Part shown: positions 13,493 through 26,609 of the stretch, piece after piece
How the letters are laid out: every line of letters starts with the position of its first letter
How positions within the stretch are numbered: the stretch's first letter is position 1
Source of the DNA: Cenococcum geophilum
Lineage: Eukaryota
Length of the DNA: 64,000 nucleotides
Direction: 5' to 3'
NCBI GenBank assembly: GCA_050273025.1
Contig: CP158635.1
Location: forward strand, 11,470,001-11,534,000
Notes under the pieces: generated by a model
Seen by the model: the letters and a program-made list of their open reading frames with translations, nothing else
Told to the model about the DNA's origin: nothing
Database searches by the model: none
Made by a program: the position numbers and the translations under genes

Positions 13493-14934
13493 ATGTCCCG
13501 ACAACAACCTCCACCGCCGCTACATCCGCCAAATTCCGTTGTCTCTACTCCAACAATGATCGAAACTCAAAAGCCTCCTACTTTTCCTCCTCCCTCATTC
13601 CTTGGTCATCCGTATCGTCGCCTGCCTCAACCGGTTCAGCTCCCACCGCTGACTATCCCGCCCAACTCTGCACGACCCGAGTATCAGTTCCGTTCGCCCA
13701 TCACCCAGCCCCTACCTTCAATCCAGCCAGGTCCTCCATCACGGCCTCAACCACGATCACACGCGGGACCTGCTGCACCTGTGGAAAAATTGCTTCACCC
13801 CAACCAGTACACCCCGCCAAGGTCGGACCCGCCATACTCACCGCAGCAGTATGGACCATCTATTTCCCCGCGCTCGGGGGTGGAGGGAAGAACAGCTCCA
13901 AGACGTCTAGCCGAGCCGCGATATTCCTTTGATGACTTACGGCCTAGTCATTCGGAGCAGCAGCCGTATGCATCCCTTGCGTCCCCCATCGAGCCCTCAC
14001 AGAAGTCGTCGTATGCCCCACTTCCCTCACCGAGTTACACGCCAAGCTACGCATCCAGCAACACTCCATTCCGGGGGTCCGTGGGATCGCATCGAGGGTC
14101 CGCTGGTTCTTCTTTGGGCCCACTAGCGTATTCCGAGTCTGCAACTTCAGGCCCTCGGCAAGCACCGCCCAGTGCGGTGCATTTGCCCGGTTCAGTCCAG
14201 CAGCCCGTGTTGAATGAGAAATTGTGAGTATTGCTTTTGTCTTGGGTGATTGCTAGAGAGGCTGCTGACTCGGCGATGAAAGACAACTCAACTACGAGCT
14301 CCGTATGCGGCAGCAGCCTATCGCTGCTCGGGCTTGCGGGTTCGGTGAACGGGATCGCAGGGTCATAGATCCTCCACCGATCATCCAGCTCCTGGTGACA
14401 GACCCGAAAACCGGAGTCGCCGACACCGAGGAGCTACGTTACTCACTCAATGTTGTTCACTGTACTCTGTGGAACGCAGACGGAACAAATGAAGAGACGG
14501 CGCTGGTCCAACCGGACCGGCGGACCACGCGTAGGCTGATGGGCCAGCTGGTAGCGTCGCCGTCCGTTGCAAAGGACGAGCATGACGTGGAGGGTTGCTT
14601 CTTCTGCTTCCCGGATCTCTCGTGCCGGACGCACGGGAAGTATCGGTTACGGTTCGTGCTGATGCGAATTGACCCGATGAACCTGCATGTGGGCGGATTC
14701 TCACCCATCCTGGCAGAGGTGTTCAGCGAGTCTTTCACCGTGTATACGGCAAAAGACTTCCCCGGCATGCGGCCGAGCAGCGCTCTGACTCGAGCGCTCA
14801 AGCTGCAAGGATGTAATATACAAGTCAAGAAGGGAAATGAAAAAGTGCTGGCGCGCAAGCGGATGACTACGAGCGTGGAGGACGACGACGATGAGGGGGA
14901 CCCGAACAAAGGAAAACGACGGCGTAGGGAGTAA
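13493..14934 (+). CDS. velC: Velvet-domain transcription factor, VelC-like (Pro-rich N-terminus, C-terminal velvet domain)
   Basis: Exon 13493-14223, intron 14224-14282, exon 14283-14934. Velvet motifs YELRMRQQPIAARACGFGERDRRVIDPPPIIQL, FFCFPDLSCRTHGKYRLRF, FTVYTAKDFPGM; basic NLS-like KGKRRRR at the end. Confidence 0.82.
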
Positions 14935-15541
14935 CGGGCGGGTTTTCTGTGGCATGCGTGTAAGCATGCTAGAGTCCAGTTTCCCCTGGGATTAATTTTT
15001 TTTTCTAGACATGGGCGGTGTGTGGCATATTTGGCTGGATATTTGTGACGAAATTTTTGGCAGAGACGTTCAGGCATATTTTTTGATAAAGGAACAAGAA
15101 AATTTGGGGTTTGTGGCGTATGAGGGTGCAGATAATTTTCCCTTTCCTAGATGAAGGTTGGAGAAGGAGGCCCCGTTGGCGGGATGCCGTAATGGATTCA
15201 GGGGTCACATCTAGCACGATACCATTCCATAGGCTATATTACGAAAGATATACGCAAGCGGCTTTACATTTCATCAATGTTGATGGTTCAGGGGCTCGGG
15301 GTGAAGTTGGGTGAAGTTAAATGAAGTTGGATGAAGTTGGATGAAGGATCTGATGTTCCAAGCGCCCTTCAGCCATTTCGTTACTGTAACTTTTGTTACA
15401 CTAGCGAGTCCCGCCTAACGCCCCACCTCGCAGCCCGGAAGCGATGCAAAATAAAATTTCTTTGATCGCGTTTGGCCTTCTTCTCTTCTTTCCCCCTGGC
15501 GGGAGCCAGCAAGGGCACTACATACTTCCAATACCATCATC

Positions 15542-17649
15542 ATGAAATACGTACTCGTCTCTGGAGGTTCGTCTCGACAATCTATTCTGCCAAATCATCG
15601 GATTAACCGTTGCCAGGTGTGATTTCCGGCGTTGGGAAGGGCATCATTGGTATGCGCGCATCCACCATCACTATCGCGTGTCCGGAGTCAAATGACTGAC
15701 AACGGAAGCGTCTGCAGCCTCTTCTACCGGCTTGCTGCTGAAGACGATCGGGTTGAAGATAAGTAAACCGGCCAACCGCCGTCTCTGGCCACCGGTGCTG
15801 ACACGCCTTTGCACGTGTCGTCCATCAAGGTCGACCCCTACTTGAACGTCGATGCGGGGACGATGAACCCGAAAGAGTAGGTGCCGTGCTCGCTCGAGAT
15901 ACCCAGCGTCTCTCTGACGATGCCACAGACACGGCGAGGTGTTCGTGCTGAATGACGGCGGCGAAGTCGATCTTGATTTGGGTAATTACGAGCGATATCT
16001 CAATATTACCCTCACGCGCGCGAATAACATCACGACGGGTAAGATCTACGAGCACGTCATACAGCGGGAGCGCAAAGGCGATTACCTAGGCAAGACGGTG
16101 CAGGTCGTGCCCCACATCACCGACGCCATCCAAGACTGGATTGAACGAGTGGCGCGGATACCCGTCGACGACACCGGCGAAGAGCCGGATGTGTGCATCA
16201 TTGAGTTGGGTGGCACCGTCGGCGATATCGAGAGCATGCCGTTCATCGAGGCCATGACCCAGCTGCGGAGAAGAGCCGGGAAGAACAACTTTCTGCAGAT
16301 TCACGTCTCTTACGTCCCTGTGATCAATGGAGAGCAGAAGACGAAGCCTACCCAGCAGGCCATTAAAGCCGTGCGGAGTGCTGGTCTCATTCCGGACTTG
16401 GTGAGAAAAACGACCAACCACATTTCAAAACGCTAGTATTAATATCCGCCTCCAGATCGCCTGCCGCTGCGAGCGCTCCCTCGAGGCCTCCGCCATCCAG
16501 AAGATCGCGCATTTCTGCCAAGTCGACCTCGAGCAAGTCATCGTGGTGCGCGACATGCCATCCATCTACCAAGTGCCGATGCTACTCGAGCAGCAAGGCG
16601 TAATCCCGCTGCTCAAGGAAATCTTGAGGCTCGACCAGCTCACCCTCTCCTCCGCGCTCGTTAGCAAAGGCCACTCGATCTGGGCCGAATGGAAAACGCT
16701 CACAGCAACCGAGAACCGCTTCTTCGAAACCGTCACCATCGTGCTGGTCGGCAAGTACGTCGAGCTGCACGACTCGTACCTGTCCGTCATCAAGTCGCTC
16801 GAGCACTCAGCCATGCGGTGCAAGCGCAAGCTGGACCTGCAGTGGGTTGACTCAGAGCACCTCGAGCCCGCGACGAGCGCACGCGACCCGGCCAAGTTCC
16901 ACAAGGCCTGGCACGCCGTCTGCACCGCGGCGGGTATCCTGGTCCCCGGCGGCTTCGGCCAGCGCGGCACAGAGGGCATGGTCGCGGCCGCCAAGTGGGC
17001 ACGCGAGAACCACACCCCCTATCTCGGCATCTGTCTCGGCATGCAGATCGCGGTCATCGAGTTCGCGCGCAACGTGTGCGGCATCGCGGGCGCCACTAGC
17101 GAGGAATTCGGCGGCAGCCCCAGCACCAGCACCGGCATCAGCACCAGCGCCGCCAGCAGTGGCAGTGGCTCGGCTGCTGATTCCCGCGTCATCATGTTCA
17201 TGCCCGAAGTCGACAAGGCCTCGATGGGCGCGACGATGCGGCTGGGCCTGCGCCCGACGCTGTTCCAGCCCGGCAGCGAGTGGAGCCGCTTGCGCGGGCT
17301 GTACGCGGACCGCGAGCAGCGCGGCGGCGGCTCGGGCACGATCCTCGAGCGCCACCGCCACCGGTACGAGGTCAACCCGGCGTTTATCGAGCGGCTGGAG
17401 AAGGGCGGGCTGAGCTTCGTCGGGAAGGATGATAAGGGTGAGCGCATGGAGATTATCGAACTCAAGGACCATCCGTGGTTTGTGGGCGTGCAGTTTCATC
17501 CGGAGTATTTGAGCAGGGTGCTGGATCCTAGTCGGCCGTATTTGGGGTTTGTGGCGGCGAGTGCGGGACTGTTGGATGAGGTTGCGGCGGAGATGAAAAG
17601 GGAGAGGGTGGTGGTGGTGAATGGGGTTAAAGCGGGTGTGGAGGTCTGA
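15542..17649 (+). CDS. URA7: CTP synthase
   Basis: Exons 15542-15566, 15617-15649, 15718-15758, 15815-15876, 15929-16400, 16456-17649. They give [85 protein letters not shown]. The third intron is AT-AC (see findings). Confidence 0.97.
15759..15814 (+). other. Non-canonical AT-AC spliceosomal intron (U2-type signals) in CTP synthase
   Basis: Starts ATAAGT, has branch site GCTGAC at 15797-15802, ends TTTGCAC. Its removal is the only way found to join [12 protein letters not shown] in frame. Confidence 0.8.
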
Positions 17650-17682
17650 GGACGGGTCGAGGGAGGGTGAGGAGAGGGTTAG

Positions 17683-17718
17683 GGGATAGGGATAGGGATA
17701 GGGATAGGGATAGGGATA
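17683..17718. repeat. (GGGATA)6 microsatellite just downstream of the CTP synthase stop codon
   Basis: Six consecutive GGGATA units read directly. Confidence 0.9.
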
Positions 17719-18002
17719 GGGGTGGGGGTGGTGGAAGGGATGTGGGAGTGGACGGCGGTATAATGTTCATACTGATGCTCATGCTGATGTTGATGCCGAT
17801 GTCTATGCTATGTCGTTTTTGTGTATATCTTCATACTGCGATCAGGTCTGGGATGCGGATTATTGGATATATAGCCTATAGACTGCGGAATCATGAACCT
17901 CCCACTCACCCATCTCCCTTTCCCTCTTCCTTTTACGCACCCCTCCCCCTCTTATCAATCCTAGGACACCCCCCTTGATCACCCAAACTCAACTCACTCC
18001 CC

Positions 18003-19408
18003 TTAATACAGCTTCCACTGCCTCGCAATCTCAATCCCCTCCGCCAGCGTCCCGACCCGCGCATCGATCGCATACCCCTCTTTCTCCAGCCGCCGACACT
18101 CGGCGTACAGCTCCGTCAGCGGCACCGAGAAGCACTCGATGAACTCGTTGTCCTCGAGCTGCGGCTGCGGGGACTGGTTTTCTGGGAGTGACAGGTCGAC
18201 TGTTACGTGTACCATGTTGAGGTTTGTGTTGCAGAAGCCGGGGTCTGTGGATGGTTAGTTTGGTGGGTGGGGAGGTTAGGGGGGTTAGGAGGGGGTTAGC
18301 AGAGGGGCTAAGGAGGGGTTGGGGGGAGAGGGTTGGGGGAGAGGGGTAGGCGAGGGGAACAGGGTGTGAGAGGGCTAGTCCTGCGCTTGAGAACCAGAGC
18401 GAGCAGCCGCAAGACAGCTCCCTCTTGACAAAGCACTGCGGCTCGGTTGCAGTGCGCGATGCGGTGCGATGCGCTTCATGTGATACCCGGCCCTTCCCAA
18501 CCCTGCCCTGTCAACTTCAACCCCAGCCAGAGCAAGGCAAGACAACGCAATGCAACACAAAGCAATGCAGGACAAGGCCCTCTAAAGTACCGCAACGCAC
18601 CGCAACGCACCGCAAAGCAACCCCACCGCCGCGGCGCCTCACCCGGCTCTCAAAACCCCCAGCCCGCGCACCGCCTCTCTCCTCGCTCCCCGCAGCAGCA
18701 GCCCCTACGCCCAACCCTGCTCGGCTCTGCTCTACTCTACTCTATTCGGCTCGGCCCGGCTCCGTGTCACTCACCATTGAACATCACCGGACTGACCCCA
18801 ACCCCCCCCTCCCCAGCCACCCGTCCCACATACCCCGTCTCCTCCTTCAACTCGCGCAGCGCGCACTGCTCTGGCGTCTCCCCCGCATCGACCAGGCCGG
18901 CAGGGACCTCGATGCAGACCGCGTTGACGGGCGGGCGGAACTGTTTTTGGAGGAGGATCGAGGGACTGCTGGGGGTGCTGCTGGTGGAGGAGGAGGAGGG
19001 GCTGGGCGAGGGCCCGTTTTGCAGGATCGCGACGATGCCGACGCCGTCGATTAGGCTGCCTGCGGGCCGGGTGAGGCGGGTGGCGGATTCCCATGTGCGG
19101 AGGGTGGAGTGCGGGTCGGTGTAGGTTGTTCTGGGGTGTGGGTGTTAGTTGCGAGGTTGGGGAGTTGGAGGGGGGCACTTTTTTAGACGAGGGGGAGGGA
19201 TGGAGGTGGGGGTTGGGAAGGCGGGTTTGGAGGTTAGGTGGGGTAGAGGTGGTTGCGTAGGGGTAGTCGGGAGGATAGTTACTTTTCTAAGGTGACCCAG
19301 CGGGCGTCTTTGTGGTCCTGAAGGGTATCAGGACTGGGCGGCGTGAAGGAGCGGACGAGAACTGACCAATGGCTCGGTGGAGACTATCTTTGACCCAGAG
19401 GCTGACAT
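18003..19408 (-). CDS. YSA1: Nudix hydrolase, ADP-ribose pyrophosphatase (Ysa1/NUDT5-like)
   Basis: Exons 19408-19367, 19317-19283, 19130-18775, 18244-18003. Motifs RTWESATR, DGVGIVAIL, LQKQFRPPV..CIEVPAGLVDAGETPEQCALRELKEETGY (Nudix box), DPGFCNTNL, IDARVGTLAEG. Confidence 0.9.
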
Positions 19409-21815
19409 GGTGGTTGGTGAGTGAGGCTGCGGTTCGGGTGGTGGTTGTTATTGTGGGTTTGGAAGAGTGTTGGTGGAGGGGTTAGAGGTGTTTTGGCGAT
19501 GATGCAGAGCATCGTGGGTCTCGGCGCCAAGACTCGCGAAATGATGGAGGGGGATTGTTTAGTTTAGGAACGAGCCTTGCCCCTGTAGGTCTATTATTGC
19601 ACCAATTGCTCTTCTACGTCGGGAAATATAGGAGACTGTATTTTAGTATCATGCGAGTTCCTATCTTGAACTTTGGATGAGGATATTGGAACAGCACCTT
19701 CACGGCTTTTGAGGCAGAAGTGGAAGCGAATCACAAGCACCGGTCTTGCACACATATCCTGAAATGTAGTCAATCGTGCTGAAGGCGTCACTCCACATGA
19801 TGCGTTGAAGTTCTCGTCTCCCGAGGCCGGCGTTCATGCCGTCTCATCTTTCCCCGCTCTTCTTCCTCTTCTTTCGGTTAAACCTAGCTTTCACAAAACC
19901 AGGCTGGGCCTCAGCGGCATCTCAGCAGCCTTAAAGTTCGCCTGGTTGACCTCTCTTTCTCGACTCCAGTCATTTGGATACAAGGGGGCAACCTAAGCAT
20001 GTCACTCGCCCTCCCTGCAAGTTTTGATGACATTATAGTAATATCCTGGAAAATAGTAAGTGCACGGCTATAGTGCCACCAGAACTTGCAGGGAGGGCGA
20101 GTGGCCCGCTCAGGTTGCCCCCTTGTATGTTTGACGTAGTGTGCTGCAGTTGGAGCCATCCGAAGCCGTTAGACGAAAGGGTTACGCAAACCGCCACGTC
20201 ACAAACAATTGGTCGGGAGCTGAGGTATCTGATGATCTTACCGTTAAGTTTCGGTGTTTTGGGGCATGACGATTGCATGGCAAGGCTTGAAACAGAGACA
20301 GGGCGAATCAGAATGAAACACCAACACGGAACATAAACACGTGGGTCAAAAATCAGACATGAACAGACAGAAGAGGAGTAGTGCTGCCGCCGACTCCTGA
20401 AACCGAGCTCTGACCTTATGGGGCTGATGGCGTGGATAGACGAGAAAAGGCAAGTGATATGTACGTCGTGCGACTGCGCTCGAGGTTCGGTAAATTTGGG
20501 TGGTCACACAGAGGGAGATGCAGGCTGCACGGTATCTCTTCTCGCCTGGCCGGCACCAAGACCAAATCCGACCCAAGCAGAGATGGTGTCAGTTCAGAGT
20601 ACGGCGCTCAGCAAGGCCGACTGGAGTGACTACGAAGCCATGACAGAGGAGGTTAGGAGAGTGGAGTAGTCTCTTCCGACGCCCTAGTGTGAAGCCTCCT
20701 TTCTGCATGAAATTCTTCCGTGATTTATCTTGATTTTTTCAAGCCCCTGGCGGACTACGTACACCGTGGTTCGCTGTTAGTCCCGCGCTTAACCTGTTCC
20801 TGAGATCATTCCACCCCCGCAAAAGCCCCTGAGCGCCTCCTGCGAGTCAATCACCACAACCGCCCGAGCCTCTTTCCTTCCGCGGATGCTACACCACTAC
20901 CACCACCAGAAGAAGACCACTGACCTACCATCCCCATTGATCGACTTGGAGCGCTCGTGAGGCACTGTGGCTCGGCGATTTGTGAGGACTGGCCTATCAG
21001 GCGGAAACAATCCGTCCACCATTCTTTCGCCCACTCACTGATAAACCGAAATAGCCCAATTCTGCCCGGGTGAGCCACAGTTTGCGACCATGTTGCTGCG
21101 TGGCACGGTTCGTGCTGCTGTTTTAAAATCGCGTATGCGAGGACGGGGTGGCTTGCAGCGACTAAGAGCATCTCAGGACGCGAAGACTGTTCCTGATATT
21201 GTTAGTCTGCGTCGTCTCCAAACTGGACTTCCCTGTATAGCAACCAAGCCGCCGGTTGACGGACCTTGGACCATGCTCTCGAACGGCACGCGGAATGTAG
21301 AGGTGAAAATGGCGTGCCGCCGCTCTATGCAGATCGCTTTTCTTTCTTTCGGCCTCCCCTTCCATTCGATCCTTCGTCCTCTCTTTCTCTCTTCACTGAC
21401 AATCTATTAGGCATTTCTCTCACTGCAACATCATTCTTTTCTCCTGTGCGGTTATCACCCTTCTCAGACACTTTTTACATCCGAGGTTTTCCTAAAGTAT
21501 CCACATACCTACCCGTGGAATTTTTTCGTAATCGTATCAATATAGACCAGGTTGTGAAACCCTGCTGTTTTTTTTAAGGAACCATCAAGGTTCAATACGA
21601 AATTTCTCCGTCCACACTTCCTACATTTCCTATTTCGAGGTCATTGTCGACTTGTGAACTGGGATATACTCTCATAGCCGCCCAAGTCGTGTAACAACCT
21701 CAGTCGGCACTTCATTTTCGCCCTCTCAAAGAGCAGTAACAGCCCAGATTACCTCCGGAGGTTAAGTTGATCAACTTCTCATTGCGAGCTAGAATCGCGA
21801 ACTTCACTCTTCATC

Positions 21816-23505
21816 ATGGGTTGGTTCGGATCTATGGCCCTGGCATGGAAATACGCGTATGTCGATCGCATTGTACTTGGTATGATTCACATGGAAACTG
21901 ACATGACCAGCATGACCTTTGGCATATTATTGGGAGTAACCATATTAGCCGGGTTTATAAAAGTCTTATATGACCGGAACAAGTACAGACCTCCATCCAA
22001 ACTTACAGAATCAGCAACTAACATATTTTCCTAGGCTAAAGAAACATACAAAGGAGGAAGAGCTAGAAGCCGGTAGCAAAGAGGATCAAGTAGAACTCAA
22101 CACGCGAGAAAAGGATGAAGGTGATCTCTTCGGCGTCCGCGCCATCGAGGCTGGATACTTTGCTGGTATTCCTCAATCTCGGCCAGGCTCTGCTGCCGGC
22201 TCGATATCGGGAGCACCGTTGTTGAGCACCAATACGTTGGTTGGGAGTCTTGCTTCGCCGAAGACCAAAGCTCAATCAGCCACCAGCAGTGTAACGAGTC
22301 TCCCTCTGGCCCACGCAAGTACCCGCAGTTCGGCAGACCCATCATCACTATTGCTATCCTCTTCCTTGTCGCCGCCCAATAAGAAATCACCGCCGACTAT
22401 CAAGCTTCGACCTTCAGAGGCAGAACTCAACGGGAGGATAAATCACAATCCTGCAGTGAACATGAATCTATCAGTTCCACCCTCTCCAGTCCTTGCTCAA
22501 GGTCCACGGTCTCCTGTTTTCTCAGGCTCTGACAGCGGTGAAAGCAGAGGTCACCAGTCGCCTCGATCACTGTCTCCTCACTCACCAAGCTTCCCTTCGA
22601 CAGGCCGACTCAAGCCTGATCACTACTTTCCCTCGCCACCTCAATTACCAACGCCCGAAGGTGTGAGTGTATCTGTTCGCGCAGCAACTGCACCCGAGAA
22701 CCCAGCCTATACCGCGAAATCTGCCGCTGCATCTATGGCAAGCGAGCAGGGTCCCTCGCCAGGACACAGTGCCCCGCCATCTCCAGGATTGCCACCACCA
22801 GAAGTCAGGACACCCACAATGCCATCCAGAGCTGCTAGAGATGAGCCACACTCGCTATTCCCCGTCCACTCTGAAAGCCGACCCTCCAGTGCAGGGAAAG
22901 GCTCAAGACGAGTAGGTGTGGAGCAGCCTCGTAAGTAGATTTACTTTCGGGCTCAATGCATTTAAGACTTAATGTCATGGGCAGAAGTCTAACGGTTCTT
23001 TTTAAAAGTTACCGAGGAAGCGGGCCGACCCTCTTCTCCGATCCAGCTTCAACCGACAATATACCAGCCCTCTCATCAGCGAGACCTCAGCTCAGCCAGC
23101 AGTACATATAGCCAAGAAAGTAAAAACTCACAGCACCAGCGGTCGAAATCAGATTCGCAAAACTCCCACAACTACTCGTTCCCCAACCACTCCACCCGCA
23201 ACTCCACTGCTGCCTCTCCCTCCGTCTCTCGCGACCAGAGCCATAGACCCAGCGCCGACAGCTCGCTGCGACCTGCCTCCATCAACACCGGCGGTGGCAG
23301 CTCGTCCGACCCACGCTTCAGCGAGTTCTACGACGCCTATTACCGGCACTCGCAGCTCAACGTCGCGCAGAAAGTAGAGGCGACGAAGCGACCAACGCAA
23401 TTGCACCTCACGCAACCGACTATTGTCGAGGTGCCATCGCTGCTACCATCGCCTGCGCCGCCGAGGTTGTCTAGTGCGAGTTATCAACCTGGCAGGACCC
23501 TTTAG
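21816..23505 (+). CDS. Fungal hypothetical single-pass membrane protein with long Ser/Pro-rich tail
   Basis: GT-AG introns 21857-21910, 21983-22034 and 22931-23008 give one open frame. It has an N-terminal hydrophobic helix (MTFGILLGVTILAGFIKVLY), a GDLFGVRAIEAGYFAGIPQSRP motif and a C-terminal FSEFYDAYYRHS motif. Confidence 0.75.
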
Positions 23506-24431
23506 TAATCTCATTGCTTCCTTTCTTTCATCACAGCGAGGAGTTTTGGGGAGGGAAAAGTAGCAGTAATAGCATTTTCGATTTTTTTTTGTTATAGCAA
23601 GATTCTCGCAGGGAATGCGGACGACCATTCATGCCGAAGGACTCTCTTGCAGTAATACTCAAAGCAGGCCCTCACTTGACTTAACCAGGCGGGGCCGCGA
23701 CGCTCATGGTAGTAATGTATAAAAAAGCCAAAACAGATGAGGATTATTATTTGATATACCCAGCAGATAGGAGAGTGGTTCTCGGAGGATGGTTTATGTA
23801 CATGTAGTCAGCTTATGCGCGAACTCCGCAGCCACAAACCAAAACAATCCCAACTACTGCCCTCCAAAACTCTCCGAAAATACCATTCTGCCTCCTCGAC
23901 GTCTTCGTCCTGCGTATCCGTGAAATGCAAGCCTCCGGAGTCCTAACTGCAGCGCCAGCATGTGAAAGGCCCTACCACAATGCTGCCCCTGACGCCGCAT
24001 CTGCCCAAGCAGCACGCAAAACAACAAACCGGCAGAAAAACATGTGAAGACTGCGCCACACGGTAAACTGCCTATTGCAGCGTGTCGACAGGGGGCGCGC
24101 TCCGCCTTTCTGGTGCGAGAAACACGTGTGGGTGGTGTCGACGCAAGGTCCGGAGCCGCTGACCGCCTTCGCTCTCTTTTGTCCGCCGCGCTAGCGCGCT
24201 TTCGTTGGGGACGGGGTGCGAATTATAATTATGAGAGACAGACTCCGGTGCTCGACAATTTACCTTACCTACAGTGCCTCTCCGCTTCCGTCGCTGCGAA
24301 ATTGCGAACTGTCTTAATTCAATTCGAGAGAGACGAAACTCTGGGTAGCTGGACGACTTGTGCACGCCTGATTTAACCAGCCAAACTAACCAACCCGCAC
24401 TCGATCGAACTGGCCGTAACCCACCGCTACA

Positions 24432-26609
24432 ATGCCGCTCATCCTCGACGAGCCGCCCTCGTCCTCGTCCTTCTCCGCCGCCGTATCCACCACCACCTCG
24501 ACAACCGCCCAAGACGACCGCGAAATCCGCCGCCGCGTCCACCACGAAGCGGACATCGTGATCGTCGGCGCGGGCATCGTGGGCTGTGCGGCGGCTGTCG
24601 CGTTCGGGAAGCAGGGACGGAGCGTTATTCTGCTGGAGAAGAGCCTCAAGGAGCCGGATCGCATTGTTGGGGAGCTGTTGCAACCCGGGGGGGTTAGGGC
24701 GCTGGAGGGATTGGGGTTGGGGGGTAGGTTTTAGCTTTCTTTTTTTTTTGGAGTTTGGGAGGGGATGGGGAAGAGGGATTGGGAAGGGAGAGGAAGAGGG
24801 GAGGTTGATTGGGGAGAGGGTGCAGGGTAGAGGCGGGCTGGTGTGGTTCTGTGGATACTGCGCGCGCGTTGTTCTGGTTGCGGGTAATTGGGCTCTTGCT
24901 GACTTGTTCCGTCTTCTGCAGACTGTCTTGAGAATATCGACTCGATTCCCGTCTACGGATACCAGGTCATATACTACGACGAGCCGGTGTGGATACCATA
25001 TCCTGAGGACAGCAGCAGCAGCAGGGAAGCGCCGGGGAGGCGGCCGGAGGGTCGCTCGTTCCATCATGGCCGCTTCATTCAGAAACTCAGGGCTGCGGCG
25101 ATGAAGACGCCGAATGTTACGGTTGTGGAGACAACGGTTACGGATGTGGTTAAGAATGGGTGGACGGGGCAGGTGTTGGGGGTGGAGTGTGAGGCGAGGA
25201 AGGAGAAGGACTATGTGAGTTGTTTTTTTGTGTTGTTGGAGCTTCTATGGAGCTGTCGTTCTATTTCCTCTCGTCATTATGACCTTTGCTTGATTCCGGA
25301 GCTTGAATGCCAAGGGTGGGTTTTACTAACGCCTGTTGCTCCTCAGCCTTGCGTTACCTATAACGCGAGCACAACAGGTGTCGGTGGTTTAGTGGTGAAA
25401 CCCATCATTCCATTCGAATTTCAGTAGACCCAAATTTGATTCCCGCCAGCAACTTTTTTTTAATTCACGCCAGACCTTCAAATCCTGTTAAGCAAATTCT
25501 GACTATTCAATAGTACTTCGGCGCCCTCACCCTCGTCGCTGACGGTTACGCTTCCAAATTCCGCAAGACATGCTCCCCCCACACACCGCAAGTACGCTCC
25601 AAATTCTGGGGCCTAGAGCTCATCGACGCCGACCTACCCATGCCCAACCACGGGCACGTGATCCTGTCCTCCGGTCCCCCAATCCTGCTCTACCAAATCG
25701 GCACGCACGAAACCCGCGCGCTCATCGACATCCCCGACCACCTGCCCTCGGCGGCGCCCTCAGCAGGCGGCGTGAAGAACCACCTCCAAAACGTAGTCCT
25801 CCCAACCCTCCCCGCCTGCGTACGTCCCAGCTTCGCAGCCGCCATAGCGCAGGGCCGGTTCCGCAGCATGCCGAACTCGTTCCTGCCGCCGTCGACGCAG
25901 CGCACGCCGGGGCTGATCCTGCTGGGCGACGCGATGAACATGCGGCATCCGCTGACGGGCGGCGGAATGACGGTCGGGTTCAGCGACGTGCTGCTGCTGT
26001 CAAAGCTGCTGGCGCCACGGCGCGTGCCGGCGCTGGAGGACACGAAGGCGGTGGCACGGCAGATGCGGACGTTTCATTGGCGGAGGAAGAATGGCGCAGC
26101 GGTTATTAATATTCTCGCAATGGCGCTGTATAGTCTGTTTGCGGCGGATGGTATGTTGGCCTCGGTTTCTACCTCTCTACCTCCATCCATCCATCTCCTC
26201 CCTCCCCTATTCCACGCAACCCCCCTTCACGACCTACCACACCCACCCACCCTCTTTATTCTCTCGTAAACCAGCCCAGCCGGCCAACAACCCCCTTCCC
26301 CCCGAATCTCCTGCTAACGCTCCCACCCTAGACGCCCACCTGAAAACCCTCCAGCTCGGCTGCTTCCGCTACTTCCAGCTCGGCGGCGCTTGCATCGACG
26401 GCCCCGTCGGCCTGCTGGCGGGCATCATCCGACAGCCCTTCGTGCTCTTCTACCACTTCTTCGCCGTCGCCTTCTACGCCGTCTGGCTGCGCGTGGTCGC
26501 CGCGCCCGCTGTGCAGAAGCCGTGGGTCGCGGTCGTGGGCGGCGGCGCGGTGCTGGCGAAAGCCGTCAGGGTTATCGGGCCGTATATTGTTTCTGAGGTG
26601 AGGGTGTGA
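24432..26609 (+). CDS. ERG1: Squalene epoxidase (monooxygenase)
   Basis: Exons 24432-24723, 24922-25214, 25514-26150, 26332-26609. FAD motif IVGAGIVG, EPDRIVGELLQPGG, GRSFHHGRFI, LLGDAMNMRHPLTGGGMTV, hydrophobic C-terminus. Confidence 0.96.

Noticed and set aside
14457..17499. Several 150-215-aa alternative-frame or antisense ORFs over velC and CTP synthase
   Set aside because: Expected shadows of GC-rich coding sequence.
18255..18310. TTAGGG-like units suggesting an interstitial telomere
   Set aside because: Few and imperfect units inside an intron; no tandem TTAGGG array.
24072..25067. 331-aa minus-strand ORF
   Set aside because: Antisense to ERG1 exons and a G-rich intron; low complexity, no motifs.
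9502..26609. Possible metabolic gene cluster (methyltransferase, velvet, CTP synthase, Nudix, ERG1)
   Set aside because: Functionally unrelated housekeeping genes; no backbone synthase, transporter or cluster regulator.
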